In this document: positions 20,878 to 30,377 of the stretch, piece after piece
Layout of the letters: every line of letters starts with the position of its first letter
Numbering within the stretch: position 1 is the first letter of the stretch
Source of the DNA: Deltaproteobacteria bacterium
GTDB taxonomy: Bacteria > Myxococcota > Kuafuiibacteriia > Kuafuiibacteriales > Kuafuiibacteriaceae
NCBI GenBank assembly: GCA_040218735.1
Contig: JAVJQW010000043.1
Location: 64,001 to 128,000 of the forward strand
Length of the DNA stretch: 64,000 bases
Direction: 5' to 3'
Program-made: the position numbers and the translations under genes
The notes under the pieces: generated by a model
The model's input: the letters and a program-made list of their open reading frames with translations, nothing else
Database searches by the model: none
What the model was told of the DNA's origin: nothing

Positions 20878-23153
20878 AACGCGCCGCCGTCATCCTGACC
20901 CTCGCCGCGTTGGTGTGGGGCTGCGACCAGGACCCGCCCGTGGAGAGCGCGAACATGCGTCGGCCGTCGGGGCTGCTCGCGATCGATCGCACGGTGTCGG
21001 AGACCTCGACCCGCTCCGACGTCCTGATCGTCGACTCCGAAGCCCAGGGCGTTCGTGTCCTGCAGTACCTCCACACCGACGACGGCGGCCTCGGGAAGCG
21101 CTTCCTCCCCGGACCGGTCGTCTTTTTCCCGCTGCTGGTCGCCGCGCCCGGGTATCCGACGCGTATCGCGATGAACGACGACGCCAACCGCGCCTTCGTC
21201 ATCGCGACCGTCGATGTGGGGCTCGACCTCGACACCGTGCGCGAGGGGCGAAGCTACGTTCACGTGCTCGACGTCCCGGAGCTGTCGACGACGGACCGCA
21301 TCACGCCGAACGACCACGTCCTGATCAACAGCCTCGACATCACGGAGCCGGAGCCGGGCGAAGTGTTCGTGCCCGTCGACATCGTCTCGCTCGGCGAGGT
21401 CGGCACGGGGACCTCGGCGGCGGACCGTGTCGCGGTCGGCTTCGACGCGCTGGGCTCGGGGGCAGGGCGCGTCGCCGTCTACGATTTCCTCCACAGCATC
21501 GCGGTGGGCTCGGCCGATCTCACGATCGAGCCGGTCGGCGTCTACGAGGTGCCGGGGGGCGTCTCCGATCTCGAGGTGCACAACGGTCGCGTCTACACCA
21601 CGAGCATCTTCGACAGCGCGACGAGCGCGCTGGCCAACGTCGTGACGGAGGTGCATCCGCTGCTCGGGGCCGTCCGCTCGTTGAACGCGGGCGGACCGAC
21701 GAGCGGTCTGCTCTCCGCGGGGCCGTTCGGGTTGCTCGCGCTCCGCGCCGACATCCCGTCGGTGGTGGTGTTCGACGGGGACCCCCTGAACCGCGCGACG
21801 CGCGTCTATCCTTCTCCGTACACGCCCTTGGAGGAGCGTGGTCAGGGGGGCGACGAGCTCGGGCGCATCGATCTTCGTGACTCCCCGCTGGGTCCCGCGG
21901 CCTTCGCGCCCAACGTTCCGATCCTGACCGTCAGCTCCGCGACGAGCGGCGAGAACGCGCCGGTGGTGATGGTGACGCACGCGAACGGGTTTGCTTCGTT
22001 CCTCTACGCGTCGGCCGACGATCCGAGCTCACCCGAGACGTTCGGCCTGGGGGTGGTGTCGGAGCCCGCGCCGACCGGCATCTATCTCGCGAACGGCGTG
22101 GCGAGCATCGCCGGGTGTGTCGCGGACACGACGCTCGACGTGGGCGACGCCAACCCCGAGTGTGAGGAGCCCATCGTCCAGGTCGCGACGCCCGGAGCGG
22201 GGCGGTATCGCGCGCGCTTCCGTGGGGCGATGGTCCGTTCGCGGAACGGGAACTGGGCGCCGACTTCCGCCTCGGAGCCGCGGGGCATCCTGTCGGACTA
22301 CGCGGGGATTTCGTACGTCGATCGGCAGGTTCGGGCGGGCGATCTCGTGAAGATGACGGCGCTCGACTTCGCGAACTGCCGAGGCGAAGACGACGAGGCT
22401 CCCGACGAGATCGAATACGACGGGGTCGTCACCGTGGTTCGCGACACTTCGGTCGAGATCGAGCTCACCGACGCGGCGCCGGGCTGCACCACGGGATCGT
22501 TCGACGTGTTCTTCTACGAGATCTTCCCGAGCGGCGATGAAGGCGTGCTCGTACAGCTCAGCGCCGGCGCGATCGTGGACGTCATCGAGCGTGTCCCCAG
22601 CACGCCGACGGAAGTCGCGCAGCAGGTCCGCATGACCTTCGGCGGCTCGCGACGCCCGAATGGGCTCCCGCCGCCGCTGGCCTTCGACCTCCTGACGAAC
22701 GATGCGTGCTCGCCGGGGACCACCGGAGACATCTGCAGCAGCTTGCTGGAGTGCGGGGCGGGGTGGGGCTGCGTCGCGCCGAACTTCAACTCGACGACCG
22801 AGGAGGAGGAGGAGGAGACCCCCGAGCCCACGGACGGCGAGCACGTCCCGACCCGCGTCGCGGGGCTGGCGCGCTGCGAGCCCTCGGTGTGCCCGCAGGC
22901 CGTGGGCACCTGCATGACCACGGCGTTCGACCGCGGTTGCCCGGGGCTGGAGGTCACGGTGCTCGGAACGCTCTCCGCGGAGGCGGATCTGAAGCAGGAC
23001 TCGGGTCAGCTGGCCTCTTCGGTGCCCTCTGCGGCCCCGGACGACGCCGTCTCGTTCGACGCCGGGCGGCACTTCCTGGTCTCCTATCCGGGCGCACGGA
23101 GCGTCGTCGAGGTCCGCACGGGATCCACGCTGGTCTTCGACCAGATCCGCTGA
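20874..23153 (+). CDS. Large lipoprotein, beta-rich with Cys-rich C-terminal part
   Basis: Lipobox VWGC, GTGA overlap with the preceding gene, host-like codon usage. Confidence 0.7.
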   Translation: MKRAAVILTLAALVWGCDQDPPVESANMRRPSGLLAIDRTVSETSTRSDVLIVDSEAQGVRVLQYLHTDDGGLGKRFLPGPVVFFPLLVAAPGYPTRIAMNDDANRAFVIATVDVGLDLDTVREGRSYVHVLDVPELSTTDRITPNDHVLINSLDITEPEPGEVFVPVDIVSLGEVGTGTSAADRVAVGFDALGSGAGRVAVYDFLHSIAVGSADLTIEPVGVYEVPGGVSDLEVHNGRVYTTSIFDSATSALANVVTEVHPLLGAVRSLNAGGPTSGLLSAGPFGLLALRADIPSVVVFDGDPLNRATRVYPSPYTPLEERGQGGDELGRIDLRDSPLGPAAFAPNVPILTVSSATSGENAPVVMVTHANGFASFLYASADDPSSPETFGLGVVSEPAPTGIYLANGVASIAGCVADTTLDVGDANPECEEPIVQVATPGAGRYRARFRGAMVRSRNGNWAPTSASEPRGILSDYAGISYVDRQVRAGDLVKMTALDFANCRGEDDEAPDEIEYDGVVTVVRDTSVEIELTDAAPGCTTGSFDVFFYEIFPSGDEGVLVQLSAGAIVDVIERVPSTPTEVAQQVRMTFGGSRRPNGLPPPLAFDLLTNDACSPGTTGDICSSLLECGAGWGCVAPNFNSTTEEEEEETPEPTDGEHVPTRVAGLARCEPSVCPQAVGTCMTTAFDRGCPGLEVTVLGTLSAEADLKQDSGQLASSVPSAAPDDAVSFDAGRHFLVSYPGARSVVEVRTGSTLVFDQIR

Positions 23154-23198
23154 CGGCACCAAAACTTCACGATTCAGCACCCCGGGGCGGTCGACAAC

Positions 23199-23226
23199 TT
23201 GTGGCGACCCTTGGGTTTGCTACACT
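23199..23226 (+). promoter_or_regulatory. Sigma70-like promoter with extended -10
   Basis: TTGTGG-N16-TACACT with TG-n before the -10 hexamer, 17 bp upstream of ATG 23244. Confidence 0.4.
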
Positions 23227-23243
23227 CCGACGGCAAATTCGCC

Positions 23244-25394
23244 ATGTTCCAGATCACGATCAACGAAAAGGGCGGGCCGGCGAAGCAAGAGAGCTTCGAC
23301 AAGACCGAGATCACGATCGGCCGAGTGCAGGGCAACGATGTGATCCTTCCGAAGGGCAACATCTCCAAGCGCCACTCGCGGATCGTGCTCAAGGACAACA
23401 AGTTCATCATCGTCGACCTCAAGTCGACGAACGGGACGTACGTCAACGGCAAGAAGATCACTGCGCCGCAGGTGGTCAAATCGACCGACAAGATCTACAT
23501 CGGCGACTTCACCCTTCAGCTCCAGCCCTCGAACGGTGCAGCCCCTGCGCCCGAACCTGTGGAGGCGAGCCCCCGCGGTCGCAGCGCGGCCGCCGACGAA
23601 GGCATCGATCTGTTTGGCGGTGACGCCGCGGACGACGAGCCGGAACCCGCCGGCGGTGGCGTCCCCGGCCTGATCGACGACAACTTCGATCAAGAGTTCG
23701 ACGCGCCCGACCCGGCGCCCAAGCTGCCGAAGCCCAAGCGCGCCTCGCGCCTTCCGGAGCCGGAGCCCGAGCCGGAGCCGGAGCCCGATCTGGAGCCCGC
23801 CGCCGAGCTCGACCTCGGGGGCGAAGACTTCGACGACGCGGATCTCGACGGCGACTTCGATCTCCCCGAGCCCGAGCCGGAACCCGACCTCGAGCCGGAA
23901 CCCGAGCCGGAGCCGCCCCGCGCGGCCGTCGTGCCGATGAAGAAGAAGGCGAGCGCACGGGGGGCGCCCTCGCGCGTGCGGCCGTCACCCAAGCGCGCGG
24001 AGCCGGAGCCCGAGCCCGACGACTTCTTCGACGACGCGCCCGAAGACGACTTCGACGACGCGCCGCAGACCGCGCTCCCGTCCGCCGCGCCCGTCGCACC
24101 GCTCGCGCCCGCTGCGCCGGTGGCCGCCGTCGCGGCGGCGGCGCCGATGGATCGCGAGGAAGCGGTGCGCCTGTGCCACTTGTATGTGGTCGACGCGCTC
24201 GGCCTCGCGGGGATGGAGCTTTCGGCGCTCCCGAGCCAGCGCAGCCGCGCCGTGCAGATCGCCGAGGCCTGGGTCGCGCGCCAGCAGCGCATCGGGCGGA
24301 TCGATCCGCTCGACGCCGAGGACCTCGCCGAAGAGGCCGCGAGCCTCGCGGTCGACCTGTCGCTCGTCCTCGACCTCGTGCAGGACGAGACGGTCGTCGA
24401 GATCGCGGTGACCCACGACCGGCAGGTGCTCGCGGATCGCGAAGGTCGGCTCGAGCCGATCGACCGGATGATCAGCAGCGAGGACCAGGTCGTCGCGTTG
24501 ATCCGACGCCTCGCGGCGCTCGGTGGGCAGTCGCCGACCGCAGAGCACCCCCTCGTCGACGTGCGGCTGCGGGACGGCGCGCGGGTCGTCGCGTCGTTGC
24601 CGCCGCTGTCGTTCCGCGGGCCGACGCTCTCGTACCGGAAGACGACGCGCGACTTCTACACGCTGGACCGTTTGTTCGAGGAGTACTCGACGATCTCGGA
24701 GGGGATGCTCCGGTTCATCGACTACTGCGTGCGCTTCAAGCAGAACCTGCTCTTGTCGGTCGCGCCGGGCGTGACGCCCACCGCGACGATGAACGCGCTC
24801 GTCGCGCAGATGGCGCCCGACGAGCGGATCGTCAGCATCGAGACGGGCATCGAGCTGCACCTCGCTTCGCACAAGAACGTCACGGCGCTCGAGCGCTGCG
24901 GTGACATCAACGACGCTCAGCTCGTCGACCACGCGCTTGCGCTCCAGGCCGACCGCATCGTGATCGGCTCCCTCGCCGGGTCGTCCTGCGGACGCGTGCT
25001 CGAGGCGATCGCGGGTCCGCTGGAGGGATCGGTCGCGGGGTACTCGGCGTCGACGCCGGAGGCCGCGCTGGATCGCATCGCCAAGCGAGAGCTCGCGCCG
25101 GCGCTCGGCGGTGACGTCGCGGAGGCACGTCGGATCGTCGCCCAGGCGTTCCCGGTGGTGCTGCAGGAGCAGAAGTTCCTCGACAACAGTCGGCGCATCA
25201 CCAAGATCAGCGAGATCCTCGTCGACGACGGCGAGGTCCGCGTTCAGGACATCTTCCAGTTCAAGCCCGAGGGTGTGGACGAGAACCAGATCGTGACCGG
25301 CTCGTTCTCCGCGACCGGGCACGTGCCGCGTTTCCTCGAAGAGTTGGTGGACCGGGGTGAGGCCGACGTGGACATGGACATCTTCAAGAGCTGA
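23244..25394 (+). CDS. FHA domain + CpaF/TadA-like ATPase fold with degenerate catalytic motifs
   Basis: FHA: IGR...ISKRH...STNGTYVNG. Acidic/Pro linker. CpaF-like PLVDVRLRDGARV...PPLS..GPTLSYRK, ERIVSIE and RRITKISEI. Confidence 0.85.
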   Translation: MFQITINEKGGPAKQESFDKTEITIGRVQGNDVILPKGNISKRHSRIVLKDNKFIIVDLKSTNGTYVNGKKITAPQVVKSTDKIYIGDFTLQLQPSNGAAPAPEPVEASPRGRSAAADEGIDLFGGDAADDEPEPAGGGVPGLIDDNFDQEFDAPDPAPKLPKPKRASRLPEPEPEPEPEPDLEPAAELDLGGEDFDDADLDGDFDLPEPEPEPDLEPEPEPEPPRAAVVPMKKKASARGAPSRVRPSPKRAEPEPEPDDFFDDAPEDDFDDAPQTALPSAAPVAPLAPAAPVAAVAAAAPMDREEAVRLCHLYVVDALGLAGMELSALPSQRSRAVQIAEAWVARQQRIGRIDPLDAEDLAEEAASLAVDLSLVLDLVQDETVVEIAVTHDRQVLADREGRLEPIDRMISSEDQVVALIRRLAALGGQSPTAEHPLVDVRLRDGARVVASLPPLSFRGPTLSYRKTTRDFYTLDRLFEEYSTISEGMLRFIDYCVRFKQNLLLSVAPGVTPTATMNALVAQMAPDERIVSIETGIELHLASHKNVTALERCGDINDAQLVDHALALQADRIVIGSLAGSSCGRVLEAIAGPLEGSVAGYSASTPEAALDRIAKRELAPALGGDVAEARRIVAQAFPVVLQEQKFLDNSRRITKISEILVDDGEVRVQDIFQFKPEGVDENQIVTGSFSATGHVPRFLEELVDRGEADVDMDIFKS
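23753..24020 (+). repeat. Low-complexity (Pro-Glu)n coding repeats
   Basis: Runs of CCGGAG/CCCGAG encoding three PEPEPE tracts in the linker. Confidence 0.7.
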
Positions 25395-25396
25395 CC

Positions 25397-27790
25397 TTGC
25401 CCAAGGCCGCGCGCTTCTTTCTCATCGTCAAAGCGCCCAACGGCGACGTACGTGAGGTTCCGCTCGGGGGCCACGCGATCGTCGTCGGTCGCGACGAGAG
25501 CGCGGACATCCGCGTCGACGACAAGAAGGTCTCGCGGCGCCACGCGGCGTTCAAGCTGATCGACAACGAGCCCTGGGTCGAAGACCTCGGCAGCAGCAAC
25601 GGCGTTCGGCTGAACGGGAAGAAGATCAACCGGCGCGCGCGGTTCGACTACGGATCGTCGGTCCGCGTCGGTGGGTTCGTCGTCACGCTGAAGGACGACG
25701 TCGAGGACACCGGCGCGTCGGTGCTCGACGAACACGTCGACGGTCCGCCGCAGCAAACCCGTTCTCCGCGCATCGTGGAGCGTCGCCCGGAGCCGAAGCC
25801 CGAGACGCACCCGATGTTGTTTGGCATCGACCCGCCCGTCGAGGGGAAGCAGTTCGCGCTGCACAAGGGCGAGAACATCGTCGGTCGGCTCGAGGAGTGC
25901 GACGTCCCGATCCTCGACGGCTCGGTGTCGCGTCAGCACGCGCGCATCCTGTACGCGAAGGACCGCGTCACGGTGACCGATCTCGGCTCGTCGAACGGGG
26001 TGTTCGTGAACGAGGTCCGCGTCGACATGGCGCAGCTCGCGGACGCGGACAAACTTCGGATCGGCAACGTCGGTTTCTCGGTGTCGTTGCCGCCCGCGCT
26101 CGCGAAGAACCCGGCGCCGCTCGCGACGCGGGCGCGCGCGAAGAAGACGCCGTCACGTTCGAAGAAGTGGTTGGTGCTCGGCGCGGTCGGTCTGTTCTCT
26201 GCGGCCTTCATCGTGTCGGCGGCGCTGTTCTGGCGTCACCGCGCGCAGGCGGCCGGGGAGGCCGATCCATTCGCGCGTTTCCTACCGAGCTCGTCGGAGC
26301 GTGACGCGGGCGCTTCGCCCGACATCGTGGTCGCGGCCGCCGGCGATGATCGCGACGGTGGCGACGCGGTCGAGGCGCCGCCCCCCGTCGAGACGCCGCC
26401 GCCTCCGGTCGAGGCGCCGCCGCCGGTCGAGGCGCCACCGCCGCCTCCGCCGCCGGTGGAGCCACCGCCGCCTCCGGTCGAGCCTCCGCCTCCGGTCGCT
26501 GCGCCGCCCGTGGAGCCGCCTCCGCCGGTCACCGCGCCCGCGGTGGCGACGGGGTTGGTGGGCACGGCGACGTCGCCGTTTTCACGTCGCGGCGTCGACG
26601 GGCTGCCGTTGAACCTGCCGATCGTCGATTCGGAGTTCGACTTCGACGCGTTCGTCGCGGCGCGGATGGACGAGGCGAAGGCCTGTCAGGAGAAGACGGA
26701 CTGGAGGTGCCTGCAGGGGGCGGTGAAGGAGATCCTCGCGGTCGACCCCATCCACGAAGAAGCGGGTGTCCTCGAGAAGAAGGTCGTCCTCTACGAGGCC
26801 GCGGAGCAGGCGCTGCAGAAGGCCGAGGGGCTCGCGAAGAAAGGCGAGTACGCGGCGGCGTACGACGTGCTCGAAAACGTCCCGCAGGAGCTCCCGCAGG
26901 CGGGCCCCGCGCAGACGCGCGCGAAGGAGCTGCGGCACCTCGCGGTCGAGGACCTGCTCGCGAAGGCGGAGCGCGAGGCGAAGTCGCGCGGCACGTGGCG
27001 GAAGGCGCACAAGCGTTACAAGCAGGCGCTGGTGCTGGAGCCCGACAACACGGAGGCGCTCGGTGGGTTACGCGGCGTCGAGCGGAAGATGCGCCGCAAG
27101 AACATCAACTTCGCCGCGTACAACCCGCGGCGGCACAGTCAGGTCGGGACGAAGGCGGACGTTCCGGGCCCCGAGCTCGACGTCGCGATCGTGCGCCACT
27201 TCGACGGCGACAAGGAGCTCGCGAAGATCGCGAAGATCTATCGCCGCGGCGCGATCGACAAGGCGCGCCGCAAAGCAGACAGCGTGTCGAAGCGCGGTCC
27301 TGGTGTGCGCCGTCGCCGCGCGAAGCGCCTGAGCAAGACGCTCAAGGACATCGAGCGGCGCTTCACGCGCGTGCGCTCCGAGATCAGCAACGACCCGGCG
27401 CGGGCGTGGTCGATGCTGCGCGCGCTCCAAGACGCGGAGAAGGCGTTGCTCCCCTCGGGGGTGAAGTCGTTCGTCGTGCGTGAGCTCGAAGTGAGTTTGT
27501 CCGAGGCCTACGCGGACCAGGGCGCGTCGATGTTCGACCGCGGTCGCTACGAGGACGCCTTCGAGCGTTGGGAGTCCGGGTACAAGCTCGACATGACGAA
27601 CCCGAAGGTCGTCGCCGGCCTGAAGAAGCTCGAGGCCCGCGCCGAGCAGTACGCTCAGGAGGCGGAGCTCGCCGCACAGCGCGGGGAGCCGGACGTGTGT
27701 GAGAAGTGGAAACGCATCACGCGCATGACGAACGCCAACAGCGACGTCCACCAGAAGGCGCGCAAGAAGGCGCTGCTCGTCTGCGGTTGA
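25397..27790 (+). CDS. Membrane protein with two FHA domains, TM segment, Pro-rich stalk and TPR-like C-terminus
   Basis: Two GR...VSR.HA...DLGSSNG units, TM WLVLGAVGLFSAAFIVSAALFW, VEAPPP repeats, helical repeats. Confidence 0.85.
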   Translation: MPKAARFFLIVKAPNGDVREVPLGGHAIVVGRDESADIRVDDKKVSRRHAAFKLIDNEPWVEDLGSSNGVRLNGKKINRRARFDYGSSVRVGGFVVTLKDDVEDTGASVLDEHVDGPPQQTRSPRIVERRPEPKPETHPMLFGIDPPVEGKQFALHKGENIVGRLEECDVPILDGSVSRQHARILYAKDRVTVTDLGSSNGVFVNEVRVDMAQLADADKLRIGNVGFSVSLPPALAKNPAPLATRARAKKTPSRSKKWLVLGAVGLFSAAFIVSAALFWRHRAQAAGEADPFARFLPSSSERDAGASPDIVVAAAGDDRDGGDAVEAPPPVETPPPPVEAPPPVEAPPPPPPPVEPPPPPVEPPPPVAAPPVEPPPPVTAPAVATGLVGTATSPFSRRGVDGLPLNLPIVDSEFDFDAFVAARMDEAKACQEKTDWRCLQGAVKEILAVDPIHEEAGVLEKKVVLYEAAEQALQKAEGLAKKGEYAAAYDVLENVPQELPQAGPAQTRAKELRHLAVEDLLAKAEREAKSRGTWRKAHKRYKQALVLEPDNTEALGGLRGVERKMRRKNINFAAYNPRRHSQVGTKADVPGPELDVAIVRHFDGDKELAKIAKIYRRGAIDKARRKADSVSKRGPGVRRRRAKRLSKTLKDIERRFTRVRSEISNDPARAWSMLRALQDAEKALLPSGVKSFVVRELEVSLSEAYADQGASMFDRGRYEDAFERWESGYKLDMTNPKVVAGLKKLEARAEQYAQEAELAAQRGEPDVCEKWKRITRMTNANSDVHQKARKKALLVCG

Positions 27791-27793
27791 GCG

Positions 27794-28429
27794 TCAGGGA
27801 CCGAGCTCACCGCGGCCGGCGCGGATGTCTTCGATCTTCTTCCGCATCCGCGACAGCAGCTCCTCGAAGCCTTCCTTCTCGATCAGCTTACGGAACTGCG
27901 AGCGGTAGGTCCGGACGGTCGAGACGTCGTCGATGGCGACGTCGTACACGTGCCAGCGGCCGTCGTGCCAGATCGTCGAGAACTCGAGGATGGCGACCTG
28001 CTTGTCGGCCTGGACGCGAGCGGAGACCTTGCCCTTCTTGCCCGAGATCTCTTCCTCCAGCCACTTGATCTCGATCTTCTTGGGCTTCTTGACGTCGCCC
28101 TTCGACGCGATCTTCAGCTTGCTGCGGTAGGAGGTCTCGATCATCTCGCGGAGGATCGCGGAGAACTCCTTCTTCTGCTTGTCGTCGATCTTGCTCCACT
28201 GGCGGCCGAGGGAGCGCTTGGTCATCTCGGGCCAGTCGAGCATGTCGTCGATCAGCGCCTTCGACTTCGCGTTCCAGGACTCGACGTCCTTCGACTTCGA
28301 CTCCTTCTCGGCGAGCTTGCGGCCCTCCTCGACCTTCTTCTCCAGCCAGGGGCGCGGGGAGGGGAGGTCGGCCGCGAACACGGGGCTGGCGACGAAGGTG
28401 AGCGCAAAGAAGGCAATTGGGGCACGCAT
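27794..28429 (-). CDS. MlaC/Ttg2D-family periplasmic lipid-binding protein
   Basis: Signal peptide, MTKRSLGRQW and WHVYDVAIDDVSTVRTYRSQF motifs, AGGAG RBS. Confidence 0.85.
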   Translation of the reverse strand: MRAPIAFFALTFVASPVFAADLPSPRPWLEKKVEEGRKLAEKESKSKDVESWNAKSKALIDDMLDWPEMTKRSLGRQWSKIDDKQKKEFSAILREMIETSYRSKLKIASKGDVKKPKKIEIKWLEEEISGKKGKVSARVQADKQVAILEFSTIWHDGRWHVYDVAIDDVSTVRTYRSQFRKLIEKEGFEELLSRMRKKIEDIRAGRGELGP

Positions 28430-28495
28430 GCGGATACTCCTCATTCGTGGTTTATGACGCACGAGGCAAGGCCTTCATGCACGCTGTGGCCGGCC

Positions 28496-29947
28496 TCACT
28501 CGCCGCCGCTGCGCGCCTGCACCAATCGTCCGGTGGCGCGGCTCAGCTCCGTGAGGCGGATCAACGTGTCGAAGCGTGTCCGCTGGAGGTCGGCCTCCGA
28601 GGCGGCCCAGGCGAGGAACGCGTCGATCAGCTCGTCCGCGGCGCCCGTACCGATGTCGTAGGCGAGGCTCGACGCCGTCAGCCAGCCGCGCGCGGTGCGG
28701 TTCGCGCGCTCGAGCTTCGCGATGCGGTCGTAGCCGCCGCTGATCTCGATGTGGATCCGCTGCACGTCGAGCTCGACCGCCTGCTCCGCGAGGCGCGTCT
28801 GCGCGATGCGCACCTTCGCCTCGGCCTCCGCCTGCTCGAGCAACGCGAGCTTCTGGAAGATGTCGAGCTCGATGCGTACGCCGAGCCCGGCCGCGAGGTT
28901 GAAGAAGTTGAACGGGTCGTTCACGAACGGGTTCGTCTGGTTCGTCGCGTTACTCGTGTACGCCCACTGCAACACCCCGCCGAGGTAGATGTCCGGGTAG
29001 AACTGACGCCGCCGCAGCTCGGCGAACGCCTCGGTCGCCTTCACGATCTCCCGCAGCGCGAGCAGCTCGGGCCGACCGCCCTGCGCGGACTCCGTGGCTT
29101 CGAACAGGCTCGGGATCTTGTCGGGGAGATCGGCCAGCTCGGCGTCCGCGACCTCCAACCGGCGGCTCTGATCCCACCCCATCAACAACCGCAGCGCGCG
29201 CAGCGCGATCTCGCGCGCTTGCTTCGCCTCCGTCTCGCGCACGAGCAGCGTCGACAGCGCGTACTTCAACCGCAGCCGATCGTTCTCCGTGACCTGCGGC
29301 GAGTCGTTGTCGAGGAGCTCCTCGATCTTCTCGAGCACCTTCTCGAGGGTCCCGCGTCCGTCGTCGAGTGAGTTCAGGAACGTGCGCGTCAGCTGGTACG
29401 CCCAGAACGCGCGCGTCACGTTCACGACGACCTCCGCCTCCGTCACCGTGCGCTGGTGTCCGGCCGCCCGCACGACGTGCGACGCCGCCTCCTTGCCCTT
29501 GGAGATCTTCCCGAACGTGTAGAGCGGGAGGAACGCTTCGCCGTTCACGCGGAAGCCCACGCCCAGCTCACCGAAGTCGAAGTCCCCCTCCAGCGACGCC
29601 GGCGTCGCCGTCGACGGATCGTTCGTGACCACCGTACGCGCCTCGGGGGTGGGGCCGCCGAACAGCGAGTTCAAGGTCATCCGCGGGTACGCCTGGCTCG
29701 CCGCGAACGAGTACAGCGCCTCGGCCTGTTCGATCTGGGCCTTCGCGACGTCGATCTGCCAGCTGCGCGCGAGCGCCTCGTGCACCATCGACTCGAGGTC
29801 CCACTTCCCGGTCGCGGTCTCGGTCAGCGCGAGGGTGCTCGTCTCGGACAGACGGAACGTCATCGTGTCCGAGGTGTCGTCCGCGTAGGCCGACCCCCCG
29901 AGGCAGCACAGCGCGACCACGATCGGGATGGACGAAGTGAACCGCAT
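28496..29947 (-). CDS. TolC-family outer membrane protein
   Basis: Signal peptide, two OEP-type halves (AYPRMTLN...LPLYTFGK and FYPDIYLG...), long amphipathic helices. Confidence 0.85.
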   Translation of the reverse strand: MRFTSSIPIVVALCCLGGSAYADDTSDTMTFRLSETSTLALTETATGKWDLESMVHEALARSWQIDVAKAQIEQAEALYSFAASQAYPRMTLNSLFGGPTPEARTVVTNDPSTATPASLEGDFDFGELGVGFRVNGEAFLPLYTFGKISKGKEAASHVVRAAGHQRTVTEAEVVVNVTRAFWAYQLTRTFLNSLDDGRGTLEKVLEKIEELLDNDSPQVTENDRLRLKYALSTLLVRETEAKQAREIALRALRLLMGWDQSRRLEVADAELADLPDKIPSLFEATESAQGGRPELLALREIVKATEAFAELRRRQFYPDIYLGGVLQWAYTSNATNQTNPFVNDPFNFFNLAAGLGVRIELDIFQKLALLEQAEAEAKVRIAQTRLAEQAVELDVQRIHIEISGGYDRIAKLERANRTARGWLTASSLAYDIGTGAADELIDAFLAWAASEADLQRTRFDTLIRLTELSRATGRLVQARSGGE

Positions 29948-30034
29948 CGACGATTCTCTCGCCGCGCGTAACAGACACGTGGGTGCCAGGCAACTCGCGC
30001 TCGCGGTGTGTTCGTCCGCACCGGCCCGAATACC

Positions 30035-30370
30035 GTGAAGCACCTCCGCGCCGCCGTCGTCATCGTCGCCTCGATCGGTATCGCCGCCGGCCTCGCCGCC
30101 GCGGGGCTCGCCCGTTGGGGCGTCGCGGCCGGTGTCGGCGCCGCGCTGGTCACGCTCGGCGTCGCTCTCGTGCGCGGCCACGGCCCACGTCGCGCCGCCG
30201 GGGCGGGGGCCGTCGCGGGGCTCGCGGGTGTGCTGCTCCACGTGTTCTTCGCGGAGTCGTTGGGGGCGGGCCTCCCGGAGGTCCGCGCGGTGGCGTCGGG
30301 CATCGGCTTGGCGCCGGGGGTCACCGCGGTGATCGCGTTCTGGGCGTGGTGGGATCACCCGCGCCGCTGA
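30035..30370 (+). CDS. Small multi-pass membrane protein
   Basis: Four Gly/Ala-rich hydrophobic segments, fills the gap between tolC and the next gene. Start estimated. Confidence 0.5.
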   Translation: MKHLRAAVVIVASIGIAAGLAAAGLARWGVAAGVGAALVTLGVALVRGHGPRRAAGAGAVAGLAGVLLHVFFAESLGAGLPEVRAVASGIGLAPGVTAVIAFWAWWDHPRR

Positions 30371-30377
30371 CCGTGCG

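Noticed and set aside
23753-26540. Short tandem DNA repeats as a possible CRISPR array or VNTR
   Set aside because: They are in-frame codon repeats for PEPEPE and VEAPPP linkers, with no constant repeat and unique spacer structure.
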